From positions 186,001-250,000 of the forward strand of contig JAANOX010000253.1 in assembly GCA_020184695.1 (NCBI GenBank): a stretch of DNA of 64,000 bases. Direction: 5' to 3'. Shown here one piece after another: positions 44,551 to 54,132 of the stretch. This DNA comes from Histomonas meleagridis 2922-C6/04-290x (taxonomy: Eukaryota; Protista; Parabasalia). The position numbers were made by a program, and so were the translations under genes. The notes beneath the pieces were generated by a model. The model worked only from the letters and a program-made list of their open reading frames with translations, was not told the origin of the DNA and did no database searches. The number at the start of each line of letters is the position of its first letter. The stretch's first letter is position 1.

Positions 44551-47090
44551 TTATTTTGTTCCTTTTGCCTTGAATTGATTAAGCAAGTTTATGGTTTCCT
44601 TATTTTTACTTTGATTTGCTATTTCAAATACAGTCCAAATTAATTTTAATGAACACCAAATAATATGAGTAAACTCTCCAAAATGGTATTAATGAACATC
44701 CCTTAAAGTTAAATCAATTCCATCTTGTTCAAGAAGTATTTTGATAATATCATTTCGATTAAAGAAGGTAGCCCACATTAAAGAAGACCAAAATAATCAT
44801 AAAAAACTCCAAATTCATTAAATAAACATGAAAAATTCTCAATAAACTTGAAACTCATTAAAAAGACATTTGTCATATTAATTTGAATATCTTTAATTTT
44901 CAGGAGGCACTTAACGATATCTAAAAATCCGCGTGAGCAAGCAAGCATTAGAGCTGTCAAGAATATAATAAATAAACGTCAAAAAGTATGAATAATAAAC
45001 ATGAAAAATTTCCATTAAACATGAAAAAATATAAAAAAATGTCTTTTGCATTTATATCAAAATCATCGTTTTCTATTATAAATTTAATAGTTTCAACATT
45101 TCCTGATCCAGCAGCATAAGGTAATATGTCACGAGGCATTTTTCTTTTTGCATTAAGATATTTTAATAAAATTGTATTTCCCATTCTTGCTGCTTGCTTA
45201 TGCATACCTTCATCTATTGGTGAACCAGATTCTAAAGATGTATATAAATCAAAGTTAAAATACAATATTGATTTGATCAATAAATTTGTTACACCTATAA
45301 AATTGCCTAAATTGTTTTGTGTTATATAAATTAATAAATCTCTTTGATTATATTCAACTGCAGTTTCATAAGCTAAATCAAAAGTTGAATTATTTTGTTC
45401 ACATAAATGAAAGATTTGAACATTTCCACCTGCTATTGCAAATCTAGCAGTATCTTTTACATCACCACCATTTTGTAATAAAAATCTAAAACATTTAATT
45501 GCACCATAGAAAGCAGCATAATTAATAAGTGAAATTTTATCGCCATCAACTATTGTACATCTTTCATATACTGAAGGTGGAATCATTTGATTAAAATCAA
45601 ACCCAATATTTGATGATATATTCTGAAGTTTTTCAACTTCATCATTTCGAATTATTGTAGCAATTTCATTTGGATTAACACCTTCAGAAACATATTTCTT
45701 ATGAAGAGCCCAATTATCTTTTGAAAGTTTCTCATAATCATTGAAAAATGCTTTAGATTTTGCATTAGAATAAGATTTCAGCTTTTGTATTTCTTCTGGT
45801 GTTTTATAGTGTATAAAATATAAGTTTGAAATATCATTTGTGAATTCTTTTTGAAGCAAGTTTTGGTCTATCAATTTTTGGATCAGATAATTAGATTCAC
45901 AACTATAAGAAGAGTTTCTTAAAATATTTGCAAACATATTAAAAATGTCAATTTCACTATCAAATTCTTTCTGGATCGCATCAATTTGCTTTAGGAAATT
46001 GAAATAAATATTAAAATCATTTCTTCTTACTACAAAAGATTGAAGAACTAAATTACATATGACCCAATGATATGAATATTTCATAGGTGGATAATAGAAA
46101 CCCATAGTATATTTTGCTGTTTCTATAATGTTTTCTTCATTTAATGAGAAAATGTATTTATGTAATGGGACTAAAATTTCATTAACATCATTAGAATATC
46201 TCATAATACCAGTTACAGGTTTACTTTGTTCTGGCTGATTTGGAATTGATTCGCCAAATAATAAAAATAAACTCTTGCATTGATATCAACGCCTTTTAGA
46301 GAAGCAAGTAATTCTGCGATATCGTCATTTCCATTTTTGATTGCTTCTATAAGAGAAGTATTAAATATTCCAAAAATACTCCAAATATTTAAATAAAACA
46401 TTAAATAATTAAACTAAATATTGAAATTAGAAAATTAATATTTTTAACATTAAAATCAATTCCTTTGCATTTAACAAGAAATTCAACAACTTCTAAATAA
46501 CCTTCTCTTGATGCCATTAGAAGAACAGTTTCATATAAACTAAATAAACTCCATAAATAAGAAATGAAACTTGTTTACATTAAAATAAATATTAAAAAAA
46601 TGAAAAAAATATTTCTGATATTGATATTAATCCCTTCTTTGTTAGCAAGAACCTTTAATATTTCAATGTGGCCGCATTCATATGAATATATAAGAGCTGA
46701 ATTAATAAAAATATAATAACACCAAATAATCATAAAAAACATCAATTGCCAAAAAGATACATTAAAAACTATATTAAAACATCTTTTGCATTCAAGTCAA
46801 TTCCAGCTTTGTCGATAAGTAGTTTAACAATTGGCAAGTGACCTTTTTGTGATGCCACGATTAAGGCTGTTTTAAGCATTCTTAAATAACTCCAAAAACA
46901 TGAAATAGACTCTCTATAACGAAAACAAACATCAAAACCTTTAAATATATGTTCTTATTGTTGATGTCGATCCCTTTTTGCTTGAGGAAAAACTTGACAA
47001 AATCAACTTGACCATTAAGAGATGCTTTAATTAGAGCATCAAATGGTAGAAAAAATTTGCACTGACTTGCATATTAACTTTGGATTGCAT
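44551..47090 (-). CDS. Single ankyrin-repeat gene (5 ankyrins, linker, DUF3447-like region, C-terminal ankyrins) interrupted by 29 elements; 681 aa after their removal
   Basis: 2540 nt minus 28x17 minus 1x18 = 2046 nt = 682 codons with no internal stop, from ATG 47090 to TAA 44553-44551. This joins ORF-track fragments 46213-46401, 44957-46204 and 44778-44960. Confidence 0.85.
44638..47057 (-). other. 29 17-nt (one 18-nt) U-rich intervening elements: seven clusters and two singletons
   Basis: Singletons at 47041-47057 and 46256-46272. Clusters at 46874-46950, 46704-46780, 46533-46610, 46363-46439, 44961-45040, 44791-44867, 44638-44697. Example: GAT|GTTTTAATATAGTTTTT|AAT|GTATCTTTTTGGCAATT|GAT|GTTTTTTATGATTATTT|GGT|GTTATTATATTTTTATT|AAT TCA GCT CTT = D-N-D-G-N-S-A-L. 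Confidence 0.85.
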
Positions 47091-47662
47091 CTAAAAATTA
47101 TAATTTCTTAACGTAGGTTTTGCCAAAATATTTGGGGGATGTTCTCTTTTTGAAATGTCAAAAATTTATCGATTGAATAGTGAATATTCACAAAATTTGA
47201 GTAAGTTGGCAAAAGAAGATAAACGGTTATCATGGTTTGTTTTTTGGCAAAAATTGATTCAAGGCATGAAATTAGGTCTAATCCTTATCACTGAGCAACA
47301 ATAAGAAGATACGAAAAAAGGGCTAATCAAGCGTGTTACTCATTGGTTTATTTTATAATAGAAAAAGTTTTCAAACTAATTCTAGAATTTTATATGAATA
47401 ATCATTTTGCAAATATTGTAACCGCAATGCAAGGTATAAATTTATACCTTATTTCTCTGGCACAAGATAAAAATCAAATGAAAGATAATTTGATTCCACA
47501 AAATAACAAAAAGCCAAATAATAAAAAAGCCTATCGTTAACTTATAATGTGAGTTAATATTGCTAATCGTTGATTTATTTAGGATTGTTTCCTTTGCAAG
47601 GGAAAACTAAAATTTTGGCGCCAATTTTTCACTTGACATTTCATTGTAATTCGGGCACTGTA

Positions 47663-48970
47663 ATGTCGCAATCTGGCGCTATCTTATGCCCAATTTGCTA
47701 CAACCCAATTGCAAATGAAGGAGAGCATAGGATTTGCGCACTTAAACCATGTGGACATTTGTTTTGCCATTCATGTATTTGTCAATCAATTAAAGTCAAA
47801 AAAGAATGTCCTCTTTGTAGACGAAAAGTTACACAAAAAGATATACTTCCATTAGTTTGGGATTCCACCCTTCCAGTGAGTCAAGAATCACTTTCTAAAT
47901 TGTATTCAGATTCTGAAGATTTTATATTATTGAGGGAACAGTTAGCAAAAAAAGAATTCGAATGCAAAAGATTAAAGGAAGCAATAAATTCAATTTTAGT
48001 TAATAATTCTCTTAGGAAAAATCCTTCTATTATTTTTGAAAAAGAAATGCATGATTCATTTCGAATGTGTTTAGCAGACTCTTGTATAGTTACAACAAGC
48101 CATGAAAACAAATCATATGGCGTCAATTTCACAAAACTAACAGATTTTACATCTTCGAGATTTACATCTCTACACAAGTTTGATATAAAAGATGTTCAGC
48201 CATGTGATGGCTTTACTCATGTTGCTTCGGTTTCACTTGACAAATCGTTGTGTATTACAAATGTTAAATCTCAAAGTATTTCTAGTCAATACAATTTTGA
48301 TGAACCTCTCTTCAGTTGTAAGCCCATTCGGGATTCCATAATTGCTATTGGTGGAAATCATGGAAAATTATATATTTATGATTCACGTGAAAATAATCAT
48401 AACATTTTTCAAACAGATCCTGGTCCTCCCATAACTTCTATATCGTCGCTTGGTGTCTATAAGCTTCTTGTAATGACTCCTCAAAAAACAAAATATTTTG
48501 ATATTCGTAATACAGAATTTGAAGAAACTTCATTACCAGGTGGTCATTTTATATGTAATAGCGAAACTGATCATAAGTTTGTTATGCTCTCTAGGACGCC
48601 TCCTAATACATCGAAGTCCTCTTTTTTCAGGTACGACGATAATGGAAATCTGACACTTGTAGGGGAAAAAATTAGCCCTTACTTTCAAAAGATGGGGCGC
48701 CCCTATTTGGTATCATACAATCAGAATAGTTTTTATGCTTTGCCTAATGAAAAAACAAATAATTTTGAGCTTTATTGCTTTAATAATCTTAACAAAGATT
48801 TATGGGGTAAATATAAAAGTTTTTTTCTTCACTCTGAACATCCATCGCCAATTCTCGACCTTATAATGACTAAAACAGAAAATGATATGAACATATTTAC
48901 ACTGTCATCTAAACTTTTGCGGGTATTCTCAGTCCCTTGGATTAACACTCAGTTTGTTGATTTATATTAA
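47663..48970 (+). CDS. RFWD3: RING finger plus WD40 E3 ubiquitin ligase, RFWD3-like
   Basis: CPICYNPIANEGEHRICALKPCGHLFCHSCI..CPLC, short coiled coil, WD40-like region including LHKFDIKDV. Confidence 0.7.
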   Translation: MSQSGAILCPICYNPIANEGEHRICALKPCGHLFCHSCICQSIKVKKECPLCRRKVTQKDILPLVWDSTLPVSQESLSKLYSDSEDFILLREQLAKKEFECKRLKEAINSILVNNSLRKNPSIIFEKEMHDSFRMCLADSCIVTTSHENKSYGVNFTKLTDFTSSRFTSLHKFDIKDVQPCDGFTHVASVSLDKSLCITNVKSQSISSQYNFDEPLFSCKPIRDSIIAIGGNHGKLYIYDSRENNHNIFQTDPGPPITSISSLGVYKLLVMTPQKTKYFDIRNTEFEETSLPGGHFICNSETDHKFVMLSRTPPNTSKSSFFRYDDNGNLTLVGEKISPYFQKMGRPYLVSYNQNSFYALPNEKTNNFELYCFNNLNKDLWGKYKSFFLHSEHPSPILDLIMTKTENDMNIFTLSSKLLRVFSVPWINTQFVDLY

Positions 48971-49311
48971 TTTTGTTTGTAATAAATTTTCGATTTTAAA
49001 TTTTTTGTTTTTATATTTTTTTAAATCAATTTGTCGTTTTTCAAAATCATATTATGAATTATTCATCCAAAATTGATTGCATCATAATTATTTTTTGTTG
49101 TAATCTAAATATCTTCATTTGTATATAAAATAATAAATGCACATTAGAAATTGTAAATATGTTAAATTGATTTTAAATAATGACAAATTGAGTATTTTTT
49201 CACTGTGAAGAAAAATTGTTATCAATTTTTATTAAAACAAATAGTGTTAAACATTTCAAAATTTTGATCTTTAAATCACAAAAATTTGTATTTGAATCAT
49301 TTTACTTATAA

Positions 49312-50082
49312 TCAAGAGTTTAATAAATCTTCGGTTTCTTCCTCGTTGCAGTCGCATGATATGAATATCTGCAATATAGCTTCTGGGTCGCCAAACCTCA
49401 ATAGTCTTCCGACTGCATCTTTCTCAGCCTGCGTCAGCCTGTTGTATGCCTCTTGGAACTCGCCGAAATTAGGCGGAGGAGGTCCGTTGTTAGCTGATGG
49501 TGGTGGTGGCGGGGGCGGTGGAGGTGGAGGAGGTGCATTGTTATTTGGTTCCTGTGCTTGTGGTGGCTGAGGAGGCTGTGGTGGTTGTGGAGGTGGTGGA
49601 ATATCTCCATTAAGAAGTGCAGTAACGGCAACTTCTATGTTGTAATTACGAACCCTAAGAACACGCTCGCATTGACCACGCTCAAATCCCATATCACAAA
49701 GTGTATTAACAAGATCAGCAAAATTAGGTGGGTCTTGATTAGCTGGATCATTTGGATTAGTAGGGTTGTTTTGTCCTGCGGGCGCAGGAGGTGTAGGAGG
49801 CCTTGCTGGAAGTGGAGCTGGTTCTGGATTTTCTTCTTCGATTTCTGGAATTTTTGGTCTGGATTTTAATGAGTAGAGGATAATTGGTGACTCGACATCA
49901 ATGTTAAGGGCAGATATTTTGTCATCATCATTTAACACTTTGGCTTTGTATATTAATTTTATGGAATCAGATGGAATATTATATTGGCCTTGTATTTGCT
50001 TCTTCAAATCTGAAACATGGAGGTTTGGTGTTGCCTCGATCTCATATTTATCTCCTTTCGCTGTTACGAATTTTAAAAGCAT
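49312..50082 (-). CDS. RAD23: RAD23-like ubiquitin shuttle (UBL, UBA, polyproline, C-terminal XPC-binding/UBA2-like helix)
   Basis: UBL with KLIYKAKVLNDD, UBA LCDMGFERGQCERVL, and LTQAEKDAVGRLLRFGDPEAILQIFISCDCNEE. Confidence 0.7.
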   Translation of the reverse strand: MLLKFVTAKGDKYEIEATPNLHVSDLKKQIQGQYNIPSDSIKLIYKAKVLNDDDKISALNIDVESPIILYSLKSRPKIPEIEEENPEPAPLPARPPTPPAPAGQNNPTNPNDPANQDPPNFADLVNTLCDMGFERGQCERVLRVRNYNIEVAVTALLNGDIPPPPQPPQPPQPPQAQEPNNNAPPPPPPPPPPPPSANNGPPPPNFGEFQEAYNRLTQAEKDAVGRLLRFGDPEAILQIFISCDCNEEETEDLLNS

Positions 50083-50644
50083 TTTTCCACAATGGAATTG
50101 AAACAAAATCGCGTCACTTTTAATAAATTTTCCGCAAAAAATGACACATACATTTGTTGCTCGATTTCCTCTGATGTTGTATCAAAATAAGTTATGATAC
50201 AATAATTTCCTATAAGTGTATAACATTTTGATAAAATATTTTGTTTTTAATAGTAATTCATTATTCAGAAAAAGACAAAAAAATCAAATTGTTTTTGGAA
50301 AAAAATTCCACTTAAAAACATTATTTTAAAATATAATTTTGATACTCAGGTAAATTTCTCCTTTTGTTTTCTTTCGTCATTTATTTATATGAAACAATTA
50401 TATTTGAACTTCCTTGACAAATTTGTCATCTACAAGACATACCCGACTTCCATTTCTGATGGTGTCTACTTAAATTTGATAAAATATGATAAAGGACATA
50501 AAATTTTTATTAATTGTATCGCGTCTTCTGGCAGTAATACCGCATTTTATTTTAGCAATATTAATAAACTTCTTCTGGTGCCAATATCGATTACCAAAAA
50601 AACATTACATTTCCTAAATAAATTTCATTTTACTAATTAATTAC

Positions 50645-52738
50645 TTAATGACTTCTAATCCTTTCAACAATTTTTTGTAAACTAAACTGTTCCGCCAGCA
50701 CCGATTCTATCTCATAATTATCTATAGCCGGTACCTGCGCAGGGAAATAAGTCCAATCTTCGCTATCTGATGTATCCGAATCCTCTATGTCATCATTATC
50801 CATCGCATGATAAGATGCAGTTATAGGTGTTGTTGGCATACTGATTGATTCCTTTGGCACTTGTATTGAAGGATTTCCTTTTTCTATTTTCTCCGCAAGA
50901 GTTTTTAATTCATTAACTGTTGTTTTATCAATTGTATTATTCTTTTCCATTTCGTATATATCTGATGTTGGAAATGGAAACTTTAATGGTGTACCTCTTT
51001 GTAATAACGAAGTAAAGAACTTCTTAAAAATATTTGGATCAGTAATTTTTGAGTTTGTAAAATCGATATATTCGATAGCTCTGTTTGACATTAATACATT
51101 AGCTAATGTATCAAATACATTTGAATTCATTTGATTATGACTAATGTCTAATTTTCGAATCATACGGTTATCATTAGAAAATGAGTTAAGGATAGTTATA
51201 AGCGCTTCAGTCGATATGCTCTTGTTCTCTGTGCCTGAGATTCGTAAATCTGTGACGGTTAGGGTGGACGATATAAACTCTGTCAAGTTCTGAATTATGG
51301 CGGTTTCACTCCCATCAATGCAGCCGCTGATGGACAAAACCGTCAGCGGCTTGCACTTTTCTAAAAAGCCAAAAAACTCGGGACTGAGATTGTTGCCATC
51401 CCAAAACAATTCTTGGATGTTGAGCTGTGCATTGCCAATCTCAACATATTGGGCAATGGTTTTTTGAAAATTAAGCCATTGCGTTTTGTCGATTTTGAAT
51501 CGCTTAACACTTAAAGAGATTGGTTCAGGACTCTTGAAAATCATCTTGGAAAACAAGTTCTGAAAGGCTGTTCCATTAAAGTCAACATCATCAAGGATTA
51601 ATTTGCAAATATTCGGTGGAAGATTGATTGGCTTCTTAAAGGAATCTTTGAAACTATTGCCAGAGAAGTTAAGTGTGCTAAGTGAGATGTCTGTAACGGT
51701 AGAAAGATTTTGGAAAATTGAACAAAGTTCACAATCTGAATGAGGACAACCGAAGTAATCAAGTTTAGGTAATGTACAAATGACTTTGATTGGGTCAATA
51801 AGTTCTGCATGATCGATTGTGAGACGTTTAAGAGATGGTGCTTTGGTCAGATGTTTACATAGAACATCTATTGTATTTCTGTTAAGGCAATGGACAATTG
51901 TAAGATCTTCAATTTCACATTGTTGAACAATTCCAACAATTGTTGACATATCTGATTCAGTAATTTTCGGGCATGAAAAAGTGACACTTTTCAATACTTT
52001 ATTTTTGCTTTGAGAAAGTTCTTCTAAAAATTCTGAAAAATGGGAATCAATGCGCTCTGATGTTTTGAAACTGGTGACGTTCAATGTCTTCGCAAGGAAA
52101 GATCCGATTTCTTTCCAATGTGAAGTTTCTGTGGTTGGGACTTCAACGGATGTAACATGTGGAACAACTAAAAGGGAATCAAGTAATGGTGCGTAATAAT
52201 GGTGAACTGCAATTTGACTGAAATCTAAACATGTGTTACCAGATTTCAAAAATTCTTGATATGTTTTGATTAAATCTTCTGGAACAGTTGGGCGTTCTGC
52301 AAAAAGTCTTGCTCTTAGACGTGAAATTGCACGTTTGAATGGTGGTATTTGAACATCAGAATTTGGAAAAGGAATATTTAATTGTGGCATTTCGGCTTTT
52401 GAAAATATATCACTGAAATGAGCAGTTAGTTTTGGTAAAATTATATCCATTTCTGTTGAAATAATAATTTCATCAGAATTAAAAGTAAAACTTAATGTTT
52501 TGTTTGGCGTTATTTCTAACTTTTTTAATTCAAACCACGTAAAATGCTTAATTGTTTTCGGAATTCTCGAAAATGTTTTTGTTTGATAAAGAGAAAATGA
52601 AGATTCTGTTAATGCAAGAATTCTTTTTTCTGCGCGATGTCGAGAGTTAATTCTTTCAACCCACCTTGCGTCAATTACCGTTTCTGTTCTTCCCCTCATG
52701 ATTTCTTTCATGGGGCCCGCGACATCAGGTTCTGTCAT
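50645..52738 (-). CDS. CARMIL-like PH plus RNI-type leucine-rich repeat protein
   Basis: N-terminal KRILALTESSFSLY, followed by LRRs (LSTLNFSGN, LTVLSISGC, IRKLDISHN). Confidence 0.7.
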   Translation of the reverse strand: MTEPDVAGPMKEIMRGRTETVIDARWVERINSRHRAEKRILALTESSFSLYQTKTFSRIPKTIKHFTWFELKKLEITPNKTLSFTFNSDEIIISTEMDIILPKLTAHFSDIFSKAEMPQLNIPFPNSDVQIPPFKRAISRLRARLFAERPTVPEDLIKTYQEFLKSGNTCLDFSQIAVHHYYAPLLDSLLVVPHVTSVEVPTTETSHWKEIGSFLAKTLNVTSFKTSERIDSHFSEFLEELSQSKNKVLKSVTFSCPKITESDMSTIVGIVQQCEIEDLTIVHCLNRNTIDVLCKHLTKAPSLKRLTIDHAELIDPIKVICTLPKLDYFGCPHSDCELCSIFQNLSTVTDISLSTLNFSGNSFKDSFKKPINLPPNICKLILDDVDFNGTAFQNLFSKMIFKSPEPISLSVKRFKIDKTQWLNFQKTIAQYVEIGNAQLNIQELFWDGNNLSPEFFGFLEKCKPLTVLSISGCIDGSETAIIQNLTEFISSTLTVTDLRISGTENKSISTEALITILNSFSNDNRMIRKLDISHNQMNSNVFDTLANVLMSNRAIEYIDFTNSKITDPNIFKKFFTSLLQRGTPLKFPFPTSDIYEMEKNNTIDKTTVNELKTLAEKIEKGNPSIQVPKESISMPTTPITASYHAMDNDDIEDSDTSDSEDWTYFPAQVPAIDNYEIESVLAEQFSLQKIVERIRSH

Positions 52739-53098
52739 TCAAGTATTAAAAAGTGCATCTTCTTGCCAAAAAACGACGGTTTTCTATCGCAAATTTGATG
52801 TAATTTGAGGCACTTTTCCAAATTGTCGAAATGAAGTTTTTTGAATAGACTTTGAACAAAAAGTTTTATAAAGTTATGAGGGTCATTCAATCAATTCAAA
52901 ACTTTACATTTTCTTGTGTAAACTTTAGTTATAAAAAATTTTATTTTATAAAAAGACTGAAACTAAATAAAAAACAAATTTATTTTTATTTATTTATTTT
53001 GTGTAGTAACACTGGAAAATTGAATGCAAATTGAATCAAATTCTTTTTAAATTTTACATATTTCATAAGCAACACTACTTTATTTAGAAAATATGAAT

Positions 53099-53986
53099 TT
53101 AGCCCATTTTATCAAAGTCAGTATAATCAATATAAACTTCTTGTGACATCTGATTATTTGTTGCTGTGCATGGGGCCAACCGCATGAACGCAATAAACGA
53201 CAGCGGAAGAACTTCGCTGAAGAATTGCTCAATGATGAACAACGTGTGATACTGCTTCGAAAAACGAGTTGAATCAAAATAAAATGTATACAAAGTGATG
53301 GAAACTGCACGAAAAATCAGAACAAAAAGCAAAAGACCGCATTTGATCAAAACCCAAGCATCAGGAAATTTGCATTCAAGTAATTTCAAAATAGTCTTCA
53401 GGTATATAATGAAACATATTGCGATGAAAACATCTCGGACACAGGCACAAATTGCTTCAATATGGTGTGCAACATCCCGAGTTTTACAATCACCATTTGA
53501 AACAATTACGATGGAAGATCCAATAAAAACTATACCAATTGCAATGGCTATGATATAACAAATCCGTTCAACCCATTTAAAATAAGCATTGGAGTCATAA
53601 TCAAAAATCTCATTGCATATCTTGTTCCAAGACAAGAAAATTGTAATATAAGCTAAAGCAATTACATAGCCCGGAAGCCCACTTGTTAAAACAGAGTATC
53701 GGTCGTAATATTCGTAGTATTTTGCAGTGTCATCAAAATTTTTTAAATTTACATAAAAACACCCTTGAAAGATATTTCCGAGTCCTTTAACTGATACTGC
53801 GCATAAGAATATGATTTGAGGGAACAACTCTATTTTTCTTCTATCTTCTTTATGACATAAATCTTTGTATGATAAAAAGAAGTATGCAATTGCCAACAGA
53901 ATGAATATAGCTCCGAAGACAAAAAAGGCACTCATCCATAAGACCTTGTTTTCGTAAAATTCAAGCAGGTCTTCAGCAGGCACCAT
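53099..53986 (-). CDS. Seven-transmembrane protein (THH1/TOM1/DUF1084-like)
   Basis: About seven hydrophobic helices, SGLPGYVIALAY, and FIIEQFFSEVLPL. Confidence 0.65.
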   Translation of the reverse strand: MVPAEDLLEFYENKVLWMSAFFVFGAIFILLAIAYFFLSYKDLCHKEDRRKIELFPQIIFLCAVSVKGLGNIFQGCFYVNLKNFDDTAKYYEYYDRYSVLTSGLPGYVIALAYITIFLSWNKICNEIFDYDSNAYFKWVERICYIIAIAIGIVFIGSSIVIVSNGDCKTRDVAHHIEAICACVRDVFIAICFIIYLKTILKLLECKFPDAWVLIKCGLLLFVLIFRAVSITLYTFYFDSTRFSKQYHTLFIIEQFFSEVLPLSFIAFMRLAPCTATNNQMSQEVYIDYTDFDKMG

Positions 53987-54132
53987 TTTAAACAACCCTT
54001 AAGTATTCAAAATTCAATGCAAAGATTGTTGAAGTATTCAATTTCGCCACATAAAACAAATAATTCCTCAATTTTTGTTGTAATTTTTCTCATATTGTTT
54101 TCCATAAAATATGTTTTTTTTTTTATTCTATC

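Noticed and set aside
44778-46401. ORF-track entries 44778-44960, 44957-46204 and 46213-46401 as separate genes
   Set aside because: They join in frame once the 17-mers are removed.
49490-49600. GGT/GGA-rich tandem repeats with G-quadruplex-like appearance
   Set aside because: Fully explained by polyproline codons of the RAD23-like gene on the opposite strand.
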